Counted from the stretch's first letter, positions 30,585 to 42,305 are shown. The stretch: 64,000 nucleotides of DNA from an uncultured Gemmatimonadales bacterium (GCA_963823035.1 CAWGKG010000023.1:160001-224000), one strand, 5' to 3'. The notes: generated by a model not told the origin, from the sequence alone. Translations and numbers: made by a program.

Positions 30585-31028
30585 CTATGGGATCCGGACG
30601 AGTTCCTTCACGCTCGCGTCCAGGCTTGAGGTGGCGATGTACCCGATGCTCCCGGGCAGCCGCGCGACGGCCGCCTTGACCTCCGCGTCGGACCCTCCCT
30701 GTTCGGGCTTGGGAATCTGTCCCGAGAGCAGGAGCGCGGTCAGCGCCTTGCGGACCTGCGCGGGGCCCTTCTTCAGGACTTCATCATAGAACACCTTGCC
30801 CACGTCGCTCCCGGACTGGTCGACCAGCTGCACCTTCGAGCCGTCGGACCAGCTCGTGACCTGTCCCGAGAACATGCGCGCCACCGCGTCGCGGTCGGCG
30901 GTCGCCGACGAGCCGGCCGCCACCACGACACTGATCTGGGCGTTGGCCCTCCCGGGGAGGGTCGCGATCAACAGGCCGGCCAACGCCGTGACCAGGCTCC
31001 GGCCGACGATTCCTTTCCTGGTGCTCAT
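30585..31028 (-). CDS. Small secreted PstS-like (periplasmic-binding fold fragment) protein
   Basis: Signal peptide ending [15 protein letters not shown] and [15 protein letters not shown]. Only 147 aa. Confidence 0.75.
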   Translation of the reverse strand: MSTRKGIVGRSLVTALAGLLIATLPGRANAQISVVVAAGSSATADRDAVARMFSGQVTSWSDGSKVQLVDQSGSDVGKVFYDEVLKKGPAQVRKALTALLLSGQIPKPEQGGSDAEVKAAVARLPGSIGYIATSSLDASVKELVRIP

Positions 31029-31065
31029 CGCATCTATCTCCGTCTGGGAGTCCGTACGGCCGGGC

Positions 31066-32316
31066 TCAGAAACCGAAGGTGTAGGAGACGTCGAGCCGGA
31101 TCTCCGGGTAGCTCACGTCACTGGCATGGAACCGATACCGGTGCTGGCTCCCGTCGAGCTTGATCGCCACCATCGGAACCGGGCGATAGACCACGCCCAA
31201 CGTCGCCTTGTCGAAGTGACCGTCGTCCGCGACGCCTGCCTCGGCGTCGCCGCCGAGCCTCTTCGCGGCGATCGTCTCGGGATTGCTGTACCAGTCCCAC
31301 TGCACGTAGGGCGCGAACTCGCCGCGGTCGGTCTCGATCGAATACCCGGCCCGCACGTACCACGTCTGCACCAGGAAGTCCGCCAGGGGCTCCACGTTGT
31401 CGGCGCTCGTGCGACTCCCCGAGGGGTTCTTGAGGAACCGTGCCAGCTGCTCGTCGTTCAGGTCGCCACCCGCCAGCACCGCGAGGACCGCCTCGGCGTC
31501 ACGCTGGGCCGTGTGGTGCGCGCGTGCGTACTCGAACTGCAGGGTCAGCGCGCCCAGCTCGGTCTGCGCGTACCCGTCGATGGCGCCGAAGTCGTCCGTG
31601 GCCATCCAGGGAAGCACGCCCGTCGCCGGAGAGCCGTCCCCGACGGAGACGTCGGAGTTGGCCGGCCCGCCGCTGCGATAGCCGCTCACGCCGACCTTGT
31701 ACTTGCCGTAGCCGAACATGTAGTTGACGTCGAAGCCCACGGGCGTGGCGTCGGCGAACACGTCGCCCTCTCCGTTGTCGTTGGACACGGCGTAGCTCAC
31801 GGTACCGGGGCCGAGCTCCGCGCTGCCGTGGACCATGACCGTCGTGGTGCGGCTGAGTAGAAGGTGGTCCTTGTCGAACATCTCCGGCGGCTCGATTCCG
31901 TAGTAGGTCGGCACGGCGTCGAGGATCTCGTTGTACAGGCCGAACTTCCGGTAGGTCTTCCCGAAGCGGATCGCGAAAAGGCGGTTGAGGGCCACCTCCC
32001 CCCACATGTTGCTCACGTCGATCGTGGCGGCATCCGCACCGGAGAGGTTGACGTACACCTTGAAGCGGCGCCCCACGTCCTGCTGGAACATGAGGTTGAA
32101 CGACGGATAGCTGAACTCGCCCGGCGCCGTAGCCTTCACCACGCTGCCTCCGGCGAAGTCGGGCTCGCTGAAGACCTTCTCGTAGCGGGATCCGAGGTAT
32201 CCGAACATCGAGAGGTCTTGCTGGGCCCATACGCCGGCGGGCGCAGCCGTCGCTCCGGCGACGGCCAGGAAGACCAGAAGCGGAACTCGGGAGGTGTGTG
32301 CACGCTGCGTGGCCAT
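31066..32316 (-). CDS. Outer-membrane porin-like beta-barrel
   Basis: Signal peptide; IRFGKTYRKFGLYNE; amphipathic strands; C-terminal VSYTFGF. Confidence 0.75.
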   Translation of the reverse strand: MATQRAHTSRVPLLVFLAVAGATAAPAGVWAQQDLSMFGYLGSRYEKVFSEPDFAGGSVVKATAPGEFSYPSFNLMFQQDVGRRFKVYVNLSGADAATIDVSNMWGEVALNRLFAIRFGKTYRKFGLYNEILDAVPTYYGIEPPEMFDKDHLLLSRTTTVMVHGSAELGPGTVSYAVSNDNGEGDVFADATPVGFDVNYMFGYGKYKVGVSGYRSGGPANSDVSVGDGSPATGVLPWMATDDFGAIDGYAQTELGALTLQFEYARAHHTAQRDAEAVLAVLAGGDLNDEQLARFLKNPSGSRTSADNVEPLADFLVQTWYVRAGYSIETDRGEFAPYVQWDWYSNPETIAAKRLGGDAEAGVADDGHFDKATLGVVYRPVPMVAIKLDGSQHRYRFHASDVSYPEIRLDVSYTFGF

Positions 32317-32615
32317 GAGGTAACCCCCTGCGATGACGAATGGGACGCCCGCGGCGCCCCAGTGGACCGTGCCGACTTCCTATCAGTGTCGGCCGCAGGG
32401 CTCCCGAAGCTTGAACGTGCCGAGATAGCAGTTTATACGCGGCTACGGATGGGTCACTCCCGTGAGGTCGCGATTAATCCGCGGACCTCCATCGACCGAC
32501 GCTCTTGAGATGGAGGGTCACGACGATCCTCGCCGACCTGAGCCACACGGTCGCACAACGCGTCCGCACGCCCAGATCGGTCTCGCACACCCATCCGCAC
32601 TCGAGCGAGACTGCC

Positions 32616-33053
32616 ATGAAGACCGCACTCCGCCGCGCGACGCTCGGCCTCGTGCTGTTCACGGGGGCATGCGCCAGCGCTCGATCCGTACCGGACTACA
32701 ACGGCCAGGGCCGCTACGACCGCCTTCGTCGGACCGCCGAGACCTCGATCGTCTGGAGCATCCGCAACGACAACTGGAACGCCTTCCGCATCACCGCCGT
32801 GCTGGAGGGAACCACCGGAGCTCCCGCTCGGCCTGGTGGAGGGTCACGGCAGCTTGAGGAAGCTCGAACGCTCGGCCTGGGCCGTGGGCCGCACGGTGTA
32901 CTTCGAGCTCACCAACACGGTCACGGGCGAGCCGTCACGACACCGAGGCCGTACGTGATCGCGCCGGGGCAGCGTGTGGTGATGCACATCCAGCCTTCGG
33001 TGCGGCTGACGACGGTCTTCCCGCGCAACCTGTCCGCGTCGGACGTAGCTGAG
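32616..33053 (+). CDS. Small hypothetical lipoprotein (probably frameshifted; end uncertain)
   Basis: MKTALRRATLGLVLFTGAC lipobox; IRNDNW; APGQRVVMHIQP. Confidence 0.4.
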
Positions 33054-33093
33054 ATCCGTGAAGCGGGATCGCTGAACCCCCGACGGGCCGACC

Positions 33094-34866
33094 TCATCCC
33101 GACGCCGCCTCTCCGATCTCGGCGAGGATGTCGCGGAAGGCGGGGTCGGCCCGAAAGGGCGCGTAGGCCTGGTTCACGACCAGGTATTCCTCCGCCCAGG
33201 ATCCGTCCGAGACGGCCTCCCGCAGCCACCGCAGCATGCCCTCTCGCTCCCCCACCAGCGCGTGGATGGAGGCGAGCGTACCGGATCCGATGGCCGCCTC
33301 GTCTCCCTCGAGCATCTGGAGGGAGCCCCCCACGTCGGTCGGGACGCCCGTTCGGCGAAAGGCGATCATGGCCCGGGAAAGGTCTCCCACCACGGCGACG
33401 GGCGCGCCGACCATGGCGGCCCACTGCGTGAGGGCCATCTGGAGCGGGAGCGGCTTCTCCTCCTGCAGGGCGACCAGCGCGGTGCCGAAGTGCGCCGGCC
33501 GGTACGCGAAGTCCTGCGCGAGGGCCCGGTCCAGCTCGGCACGCGCCGCCTCCAGGTCGCCCGACCAGAGGAGGATCTTCGCGTGATCGGTCGCCACGGG
33601 AGCCGACAGCGGGTCGAGCAGAGCAGCCCGCGCCGCGTCCTGCCTGGCCTCGTCGAGGCGTCCCATCTCGGCCAGGACGTTGGCCCTCCAATGAAAGGCG
33701 CGCGCATACGACGGGTTGAGCGCGATGGCCTTCCCGAAGGCCTCCAGCGCACCCGCCCGGTCCCGTCCCAGGGCTCGGACAAGCCCCAGCGACGCGTACG
33801 GATCCGCCAGCGTGGGGTCGAGGTCGATCGCCTTGAGCGCCCACTCCTCCGCCTGTCCCAACGCGTCCCCGAGCGAGGCGGACGGCACGTAGATCGGTAG
33901 CAGCGCGTACGCATCCGCCAGTCCTGCATACGCCGCAGCGTAGTCCGGGTCGAGCGTGACCGCGGTCCGGAAGAGGCGGATCGCTTCGGGGAGCCCCGCC
34001 GCGTCGCGTCGACCCCACTGCGCGCGCCCCCGCCAATACGCGTCCTGCGCCTCCTGCGACGCCACGTGACGTGCGGCCGGGCGGCCGGGGATCTCGAGGT
34101 GGCCCAGCAGCTCCCCGACGATCGAGCCGGCGATCTCGTCCTGGAGCGCGAACAGGTCCTCGACCGTTCGGTCGTAGGTCTTCGACCAGAGGTGGAAGCC
34201 GGAGCGCGTGTCGATGAGCTGTGCGGTCACCCGCACCTTGTCCGCGCTGCGACGCACGCTCCCCTCGAGGAGCGTCGCCACGTTGAGGTCGTCACCGATC
34301 GTCCGCGCGTCGTCGGTCGCGTCCCTGAACGCGAAGGCCGACGTGCGCGCCGCGACCTGCAGTCCGTCCACGCCCGCCAGCACATTGAGGATCTCCTCGG
34401 CGAGACCGTCGCCCAGGTACTGCTGGTCGCCCGTCTCGCTCAGATCGGCGAAGGGCAGGACCGCGATCGACGAGGCTGTTGTCGCCGTGCCGACGGACTC
34501 CGCCTCGCGCACGAGCCACCACCCAGCGGCCCCCATGGCGATCGCGGTGGCCACGACCCCGACGACCACGGCGCCGGAGGGAGGTCGCGCCGCAGCGTCG
34601 GCCGGCACGTCGAGGTCCGGCGTACGCGTCACGCCGCCACGCGTCACGTCGAAGACCCAGGACAGCGCCGCGACGACCGGGAACCCTGCGAGCAGGGAGG
34701 CGAGCAGGACACGAAGGGCCGCCGAGCCGAGGCCGAAGGCGGGGAAGACGATCTCCGCGAGCTGCAGCAGGGCGAATCCGCCCGCGGCATAGGCGGCGAC
34801 CGTGCGCACGACCCGCCGTCGCTTCGCCTCCTGCCACACGCCCTTCAGCCGATCGCCCGCGCTCAT
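33094..34866 (-). CDS. Membrane protein with TolB-N-like and TPR domains
   Basis: EAKRRRVVRTVAAY plus TMs; SIAVLPFADLS, GDGLAEEILN, VAARTSAF, LEGSVRR, HLWSKTYDR; TPRs (LDPDYAAAYAGLA). Confidence 0.85.
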   Translation of the reverse strand: MSAGDRLKGVWQEAKRRRVVRTVAAYAAGGFALLQLAEIVFPAFGLGSAALRVLLASLLAGFPVVAALSWVFDVTRGGVTRTPDLDVPADAAARPPSGAVVVGVVATAIAMGAAGWWLVREAESVGTATTASSIAVLPFADLSETGDQQYLGDGLAEEILNVLAGVDGLQVAARTSAFAFRDATDDARTIGDDLNVATLLEGSVRRSADKVRVTAQLIDTRSGFHLWSKTYDRTVEDLFALQDEIAGSIVGELLGHLEIPGRPAARHVASQEAQDAYWRGRAQWGRRDAAGLPEAIRLFRTAVTLDPDYAAAYAGLADAYALLPIYVPSASLGDALGQAEEWALKAIDLDPTLADPYASLGLVRALGRDRAGALEAFGKAIALNPSYARAFHWRANVLAEMGRLDEARQDAARAALLDPLSAPVATDHAKILLWSGDLEAARAELDRALAQDFAYRPAHFGTALVALQEEKPLPLQMALTQWAAMVGAPVAVVGDLSRAMIAFRRTGVPTDVGGSLQMLEGDEAAIGSGTLASIHALVGEREGMLRWLREAVSDGSWAEEYLVVNQAYAPFRADPAFRDILAEIGEAASG

Positions 34867-35139
34867 GCCATGTCCCCGCTCACCCTCGTGCACCCCCACC
34901 GCGCCGTATTCCCTTCGACAGGATGCGCCGGGGTTCGGTTGCCTCCTCCCCTACGTCGCGCGGGTCGCCCGCGTGTCACGGAGACGCACCTCAAGGTCGT
35001 CGGGCTCGCACGTCGAGACTACGCTCAAGGGGCCCGCGTCGCGGCCCCGTCCGAGAACGAACGATCCACGAAGCGCCGACCGGCGTCCGATCTCCGATCC
35101 GAAGCCACGGACGCGGGTGATCCGGCGGGGCGTGAGCCG

Positions 35140-36753
35140 ATGACCGAAAGGACCGACACCGGAAGACCTCCCGACCGACCACCTGGAGGCCGAGGAGGAG
35201 CTCGGGCGCCTGAGCGAACAGCTCCGGCGCATCACCGAGCGTGTTCCGGCGATCGTCTTCCGCCGGGTCGCGCACCCCGACGGCCGCGTGGAATACCCCT
35301 ACTCGGCGGGATCGCTGTACGCCGTCCTCGGTCTCGACGCGGGGCGGATGGCGAGGGACCCGACCGCGCTCCTCGACCATATCCACCCGGACGACGTGGC
35401 GTCCTTCCGCGCCCGCATTCGCGACCGGTCGAAGTCCACGGGGCAGCACGAGTTCCGGGTCCTGACCCCTGACGGCCAGACAAGGTGGCTACGCAGCTCG
35501 TTCAGCGCGCGCACGGGCGAGGACGGCACCTTCGTGGCGGAGGGTGTGGTCCTCGACGTGACCGACGAGAAGGGGCTGGAGGATCAGCTCCGCCAGGCTC
35601 AGAAGCTCGAGGCGGTGGGAAGGCTCACCGGCGGGATCGCGCACGACTTCAACAACCTCCTCTCCGTCATCCTTGTGAACGCCCGCCTGATCCGGTCGGC
35701 CCTGGAGGAGGGAAGACGCCCGATCGGACGAGCTCGAGGACCTGGAGGAAGCCGCGCGTAGCGGCGCCGACCTGGTGAAGGGGCTGCTCGGATTCAGCCG
35801 CAAGGCCGACCTGGTGCTGCAGCCGATCGACCTGGCGGACTCGGTCGTGCACATGACGCACCTGCTCAAGCGCCTCGTACCGGAGACGATCGACTTCCGA
35901 CTGGCGGCGTCGGTGGGCGCCGGCGTGGCGTACGCCGATCTCGCCGCGGTCCAGCAGATCCTCATGAACCTCGTCACCAACGCCCGCGACGCGATGCCGG
36001 ACGGGGGCCGCCTCTTCATCGAGGTCGGCAGCGAGGACTTCACCGGAGCGCATCCCGACACCGCGCGAGGAGATCGTCGATCGACCCTACGCGACGATCG
36101 TGGTGCAGGACACGGGCACGGGCATCTCCCCGGAGACGCTCCGACGGGTCTTCGAGCCGTTCTTCTCCACGAAGGAGCCCGGCAAGGGGAGCGGACTCGG
36201 GATGGGGGTGGTGCACGGCCTCGTGCGCCAGCACGACGGCTTCGTGGAGCTCACGAGCGAGCGCGGGCGGGGAACGCGGGTGAAGGTCTACCTCCCGATG
36301 AGCCGGTCGGAGCCGACCGAGATGGCCGCGCCCGCGCGCACGCCGGACGCGAAGGAGGGCGGCGGCGAGCTGATCCTCCTCGTCGAGGATCAGGAAGCCC
36401 TACGTCGCACGACCGAACGGACCCTCGAGCGGCTGCGCTACCGGGTCGTGGCCGCGGAGGACGGCGTCGAGGCCCTGGAGCTGTTCCGGTCGCACCCCGA
36501 GCCCTTCGATCTGATCCTCACGGACGTGGTGATGCCGAAGATGGGGGGCGTCGAGCTGTGCCACGAGGTCCGCCGCATCAACCCGGACGCTCGCTTTCTC
36601 TTCGTGAGCGGCTATTCCGATACCGACACGCAGGAGCGCCGCTTCCCCGAGGGCGCCCGTTTCGCACCCAAGCCCTGGACGTTGGAGGAGCTGTCGCAGG
36701 CGGTGCGAGAGACGATCGACGGGATCGCCGTCGTCGATACGCCCGCGACCTGA
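35140..36753 (+). CDS. Cytoplasmic PAS hybrid histidine kinase with receiver domain (about 3 frameshifts)
   Basis: [73 protein letters not shown]. Confidence 0.85.
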
Positions 36754-36756
36754 CCC

Positions 36757-38544
36757 TCAGGCCGCATCGAACGGATAGCCCTCCGCCTCCATCACCACGC
36801 CGGCCAGCAGCCGTCCCTCCGTGCGCACGTCGAACGGCTCCCTGCGCGTCAGCTTCCGGTGCATGGAGAGCATGCTGCGCAACTCCTCTCCCTCGGCGCT
36901 CGCCGAGAGCACCTGGCGCGCGGCGGCCTCGACCACCGGCATCCCCTCCTCGATGGCGAGACGGGCCGCCGCGCGCCTCGCGGCAACGCCCTCCGCACCC
37001 ACGTGCGCTCCCGCGTTGGCCGCGCGCAGCACGGCGCTCTCCATCACGTAGGTCTGGATGATCATGTCGGCCAGCCAGGAGAGCACCTCCTGCTCCTGCT
37101 GCAGCGCCTGCATGTGCTTCTGGGCTGCCACGCCCGCGGCGAACAGCGTCTGCTTGCGGGCCAGCTCAACGGTCGCGAGCTCGGCGCCGAAGTCCCCCTC
37201 GGGGGTCGCGCGCCCGCTCCGACTCATCAGCTCTTCCGTCACCCGCTTGATGGCCGGGAGCAGCGGCAGCTCGCCCTTCATCGTGCGCTCGAGCAGCATC
37301 CCGGTGATGAGCATCCGGTTGATCTCGGACGTCCCCTCCCAGATGCGGTTGATGCGCGCGTCGCGGTAGTGGCGCTCGGCCGCGTACTCGGCGATGAAGC
37401 CGTAGCCGCCGTGCACCTGGAGCATCTCGTCCGTGACGAAGCAGATGACCTCGCTGGAGTACACCTTGTTGATCGAGCACTCGACGCTCAGCTCCCTGAG
37501 CGCAGCGACCGTCGCGGCGGCCTTGTCCTCCAGGCCGGAGGCCTCGATGTGCCGATCCACGTCGTGGGCGGTGCGGTAGACGATCGTCTCCTGGCAGTAG
37601 ATGCGCGAGCACGCCGCCGCCAGCTTCTGCTGGATGAGCGGGAAGGACGAGATCGGCTTGCCGAACTGGTGGCGCTCGGCCGCGTAGCGGGCACCCTCGG
37701 CCAGGGAGATCCTCGCGCCCCCCAGTACCGCCGGGCTCAGCTTGAGCCGGCCGATGTTGAGCACGTTGAAGGCGATCTTGTGCCCCTTGCCGATCTCTCC
37801 GAGCACGTTGGCGGCCGGCACCGGCGTGTCGTCGAAGGAGAGCGCGCACGTCGAGGAGCCCTTGAGGCCCAGCTTCTTCTCCTCCGGGCCGACCGTGAAG
37901 CCCTCGGCGCCCCGCTCGACGATGAACGCCGTGAAGCGCTCGCCGTCCACCTTGGCGAAGACGATGAAGAGGTCCGCGAAGCCCGCGTTCGTGATGAACT
38001 GCTTGGAGCCGTTCAGCACGTAGACGTCGCGCGCCTCGTCGTAGACGGCGGTCGTGCGGGCGCCCAGCGCGTCCGAGCCGCTCCCTGCCTCGGTGAGGGC
38101 GTAGGCCGTGATGATCTGTCCCGAGAGGATCCCGTCCACCCAGCGCGCGCGTTGCTCGTCCGTGCCGAAGTAGAGGATCGGCAGCCCGCCGATGCCGGTC
38201 TGCACCATGATCGCGGGGGCGAACGACCCTCCCATCCCGATCTTGTCCCCGATGAGCATGGCCGTGGTCTTCGCCGCGCCCAGCCCGCCGAGCGCCTCGG
38301 GAACGTCCACGGCGAAGACCCCGAGCTCGCCCGTCTCCCGGACCAGCCCCTCGAGGAGTCCCTCCTCCTGTGCGTCGATGGCCTCCCATCGAGGCAACAC
38401 CTTCTCCTTCACGAAGTCCTCCACGCTGCGTGCCAGCATGATGGACTCCTCGTCGAACTGCTCGGGAACGAAGACGTCGGCGGGGTCGCTCGGGCCGAGG
38501 AGGAACGTCCCGCTGGAGACGGGCTTCGCGGTCGTGGTGCTCAT
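36757..38544 (-). CDS. fadE: Acyl-CoA dehydrogenase (long, Bacillus FadE-like)
   Basis: YALTEAGSGSDA, LNGSKQFITNAG, EKKLGLKGSST, RHQFGKPI, QVHGGYGF and RIWEGTSEIN. Confidence 0.92.
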   Translation of the reverse strand: MSTTTAKPVSSGTFLLGPSDPADVFVPEQFDEESIMLARSVEDFVKEKVLPRWEAIDAQEEGLLEGLVRETGELGVFAVDVPEALGGLGAAKTTAMLIGDKIGMGGSFAPAIMVQTGIGGLPILYFGTDEQRARWVDGILSGQIITAYALTEAGSGSDALGARTTAVYDEARDVYVLNGSKQFITNAGFADLFIVFAKVDGERFTAFIVERGAEGFTVGPEEKKLGLKGSSTCALSFDDTPVPAANVLGEIGKGHKIAFNVLNIGRLKLSPAVLGGARISLAEGARYAAERHQFGKPISSFPLIQQKLAAACSRIYCQETIVYRTAHDVDRHIEASGLEDKAAATVAALRELSVECSINKVYSSEVICFVTDEMLQVHGGYGFIAEYAAERHYRDARINRIWEGTSEINRMLITGMLLERTMKGELPLLPAIKRVTEELMSRSGRATPEGDFGAELATVELARKQTLFAAGVAAQKHMQALQQEQEVLSWLADMIIQTYVMESAVLRAANAGAHVGAEGVAARRAAARLAIEEGMPVVEAAARQVLSASAEGEELRSMLSMHRKLTRREPFDVRTEGRLLAGVVMEAEGYPFDAA

Positions 38545-38560
38545 CGTGGGCTCCGGTGCT

Positions 38561-39748
38561 TCAGGGACGTTCGAAGAGGGCCGCGGCACCCATGCCGCCG
38601 CCGATGCACATCGACACCACGCCATAGCGCGCGTCACGGCGCCGCATCTCGTGGAGGAGGGTCGCGGTGAGCTTCGCGCCGGTCGCACCCAGGGGGTGCC
38701 CGAGCGCGATGGCGCCGCCGTGCACGTTCACGCGCTCCGGGTCGAGCCCGAGCGTGCGCAGGCAGTAGACCGACTGTGAGGCGAACGCCTCGTTCAGCTC
38801 GACCAGGTCCACGTCCGACAGGGCCACGCCGCAGTGCTTCAGGAGCTTCGGGATAGCCTCCACCGGGCCGATGCCCATCACGTCGGGGGGCACGCCCGCC
38901 ACCTGGTAGCCACGCAGCACGCCGAGGATCTCGAGCCCGAGCTCCTCGGCCCGACGCCGACTCATGAGAAGCGCCGCCGCGGCGCCGTCCGACGTCTGCG
39001 ACGAGTTCCCGGCCGTGACGCTCCCCCCGACCTTGAAGGCGGGCTTGAGCTTGGCGAGCGCCTCGGGGGTCGTGTCCCGCCGCGGCCCCTCGTCGACGCC
39101 GAAGACCTCGGTGTGGACCTCGCTACGGCCACGCGGTCCCGGCGTCTTCGTCACGACCTCGACCGGCACGATCTCTTCCGCGAAGGCACCCGAGTCCACC
39201 GCGGCCACCGCTCGCCTGTGGCTCTCCAGCGCGAAGGCGTCCTGATCACCGCGCGAGACCTCGAAGCGGGAGGCGACCTCCTCGGCCGTGAGCCCCATCG
39301 AGATGTACGCCTCCGGCATGTCGCGCACGAGCTGCGGGTTGGGGGAGAAGTCGCCCCCGGTCATCGGGACCATGCTCATCGACTCGGTGCCACCCGCCAG
39401 CACGGCGGACGCCTGCCCGGTCGCGATGCGGTCGGCCGCCATCGCGATCGACTGCAGGCCGCTCGAGCAGAAGCGGTTCAGCGTCATGGCCGGCACGTGG
39501 TACGGGATGCCCGCGCGGAACTGGGCGAGGCGCGCCACGTTCAGGCCCTGCGGGCCTTCCGGCATGGCGCACCCCAGCACGATGTCGTCCACGGCGGCCG
39601 GGTCGAAGCCGCCGGCGCGCTCGAGCGCGCCCACGAGGCACGCCGCCGCCAGGTCGTCGGGGCGGGTCTCGCGCAGCGTGCCCTTGAAGGCCCGGCCCAC
39701 GGCCGTGCGCACCGCGCTGACGACGACCGGTTCGTTCTCTCTGCTCAT
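38561..39748 (-). CDS. fadA: Acetyl-CoA C-acyltransferase (thiolase)
   Basis: [40 protein letters not shown] and MCIGGGMG. Confidence 0.95.
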   Translation of the reverse strand: MSRENEPVVVSAVRTAVGRAFKGTLRETRPDDLAAACLVGALERAGGFDPAAVDDIVLGCAMPEGPQGLNVARLAQFRAGIPYHVPAMTLNRFCSSGLQSIAMAADRIATGQASAVLAGGTESMSMVPMTGGDFSPNPQLVRDMPEAYISMGLTAEEVASRFEVSRGDQDAFALESHRRAVAAVDSGAFAEEIVPVEVVTKTPGPRGRSEVHTEVFGVDEGPRRDTTPEALAKLKPAFKVGGSVTAGNSSQTSDGAAAALLMSRRRAEELGLEILGVLRGYQVAGVPPDVMGIGPVEAIPKLLKHCGVALSDVDLVELNEAFASQSVYCLRTLGLDPERVNVHGGAIALGHPLGATGAKLTATLLHEMRRRDARYGVVSMCIGGGMGAAALFERP

Positions 39749-39759
39749 GATCGCTTCCC

Positions 39760-39926
39760 CTAGTGTGGTGCCGCAGGAATACCTCGGCCATTCGAGCGCC
39801 GATGCATCCGGCCCTGCGGCGTTGCTCCTCCTCGAAATAGCGCTGCTATTCCTCGTCGTCGCGCCTTGCAGGATCCAGCGCCTCGACGCTCTCGGTGGCT
39901 CGCGGATTTCTGCGGCACCACACTAG
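39760..39926. mobile_element. 167-bp MITE-like palindromic element inserted at a CTAG site
   Basis: 21-bp terminal inverted repeats CTAGTGTGGTGCCGCAG(G/A)AAT with one mismatch; CTAG at both ends; imperfect palindrome throughout, with central hairpin AATAGC-GCT-GCTATT. Confidence 0.85.
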
Positions 39927-42305
39927 TTTCGCAGCGGCTTGCCGGTCTTCAGGACGTACTCCATGCGCTCCAGCGTCTTCGGCTCCGCGCACAGCCGCAT
40001 GAACGCCTCCTTCTCCAGTTCCAGGAGGTACTCCTCGGAGACCCGCGACGACGAACTCACTTCGCCGCCGCACAGGACCCACGCGAGGGCGTCGCCCACC
40101 ACCTTGTCGTGGGCGCTGATGTACCCGGCCCGCTCCATCTGATCGAGCCCGACGCGCAGCGCCGCGAGACCCTCCTCGCCGACCACGCGGATGTCCGTGC
40201 GCAACGGCGTGGGTCGGTATCCGGCCTCGGACATCGCCAGCACGCGCATCTTCGCGTCGTGCAGCAGGCGGTCGCGGTTGGCGACGACCTGGTCGGTGGC
40301 GCGCAGGAAGCCCATCTCCTGCGCCTCGTGCGCGCTGGTGGCGACCTTCCCCATGCCGACGGTCTCGAAGATGCGCCGGATCCATGGGAAGAGGTCCGTG
40401 TCCGGCGCCCGGGGCGCGGCCTCGTCGGCGCGTCGTACCAGCTCCTTGCATCCACCGCCCGCGGGCACCACGCCGGCGCCCACCTCGACGAGTCCGATGT
40501 ACGTCTCGAGCGACGCGACCACCGCGTCGGCGCCCAGCACGACCTCGCACCCGCCCCCGAGCGTCAGCCCGGCCGGCGCCGCCACGACGGGGCGGCTGCA
40601 CTGGCGCATGCGCAGGTTCGCGTGCTGGAAGCGCCCGAGGATCCACTCCACGTCCTCGGGATTGTCGTCGTCGAGCTCGTTGAGGATCAGGAGGAGGTTC
40701 GCGCCGGCGCTGAACTGCGGCGCGTCGTTGCCGATGACCAGGCCGCGCCAGCCCGCTTCGACCTCATCGAGTGAGCGCTCCATCATGTCGATGATGCCCG
40801 GCCCGACCGTGTTCATCTTCGTGTGGAACTCCAGGCACGCCACGCCGTCGCCCAGGTCCACCAGCGACGCGTCCGGGCTCTCCAGCACCACGCCGCCGGC
40901 GGCCTTGAGGTCGGCGAGCACCAGGTACTCGGGGCGGGTCGGAACCGGAGCGAAGCCCTCACCGCCGACGAAGAAGGCGTGCGCGCCCTTCTCCTCCCGA
41001 TAGAAGCCCTCCCCACCGGCGTCGTAGAGCGCGCGCGCCAGCGGAGGCACCGCGTCGCCCTCCTCGAGCATGCGCTCACAGGCCCAGCGGAAGCCCATCG
41101 CGTCCCACAGCTCGAAGGGCCCCAGCTCCCATCCGAAGCCCCAGCGCATCGCGCGGTCCACGTTGACGATGTCGTCCGCGATCTCCGGGATGCACGCGGC
41201 GGCGTAGCGCAGCGTCGCCGAGAACGACTTCCACAGGAACGCGCCTGCGCGGTCCTCTGCGCGCACGAGACCGTGGATGCGCTCGCGGAGATCCTCGACG
41301 CTCTTCGCCATCTCCAGCGAGCCGAACGACACCTTCCCCTGCGGCACGTACTCGAGCGTGGCCGGGTCGACCATGAGGATCTCGCTCTTCCCGTCGGCGC
41401 CCCGGACCTTCTTGTAGAAGCCCTCGCCGCTCTTCTCGCCCAACCGGCCCTCGGCGACGAGGCGCTTCATGAAGTCGGGCGGGTCGAAGAGGTCGCGGTG
41501 CGGATCCTGTTCCAGCCGCTCGAAGAGATTGGCCGCCACATGGGCGAGCGTGTCCAGCCCGACGAGGTCGGCCGTGCGGAAGGTGGCGCTCCCCGGCCGG
41601 CCGATGGCCTTCCCGGTGAGCTTGTCGACCTCCGCGAGGGTGAAGCCGTCGTCCAGCATCACCCGCATCACGTGGAAGATGCCGAAGCAGCCGATGCGGT
41701 TCGCGATGAAGTTGGGGGTGTCCTTGGCGTGGACGATCCCCTTCCCCAGGACGCGGTCCCCGAAGTCCTCGAAGAACGCGACCACCTCGTCGGCGGTGTC
41801 CGGTCCGCGCACGAGCTCCAGGAGCTTCAGGTAGCGGGGTGGATTGAAGAAGTGCGTCACCATGAAGCGGGGCCGGAGCGCCTCGGGAAGCGCTCCGGAG
41901 AGGGCCTCCGCGGAGAGCCCCGACGTGTTCGACGTCAGGAGCGCATGGGGCGCCACGTGCGGCGCCACCTTCTCGTAGAGCGAGCGCTTGATGTCGAGGT
42001 TCTCCACCACCGCCTCGACGATCCAGTCGCACTCCGCCAGTCGTGGCAGGTCGTCCTCGAAGTTGCCGACCTCGACGAGGGTCGGGGCCCGCGACGAGGA
42101 GAAGGACGCCGGCTTGCTCTTCCGCGCGCGCTCCAGCCCCGCGCGTACGAGGGCGTCCTTGTCGTCGCCCTCCCTGGGCGGGATGTCGAGGAGCAAGCGT
42201 CGGGACGCCGACGTTGGCGAGGTGCGCGGCGATGGCGGCGCCCATGACGCCGGCGCCGAGCACGGCGGCCCGGCCGACCCGGTCGGGTGCGGGATGGTCC
42301 TTCAC
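39923..42305 (-). CDS. fadN: 3-hydroxyacyl-CoA dehydrogenase/enoyl-CoA hydratase (frameshift near 42195)
   Basis: AAVLGAGVMG, IVEAVVE, SNTSG, HFFNPPRY, DTPNFIANRIG, FSAGANL, LGGGCE and C-terminal GKPLRN. Confidence 0.92.

Noticed and set aside
32386..32414. Possible sigma28 promoter for the porin-MCP operon (minus strand TCAAG-N16-GCCGACAC)
   Set aside because: The spacer is about 2 nt longer than consensus and the -10 is imperfect. Suggestive only.
39846..39926. Small ORFs running through the fadN-fadA gap
   Set aside because: The gap is fully explained by the palindromic element; no coding signal.
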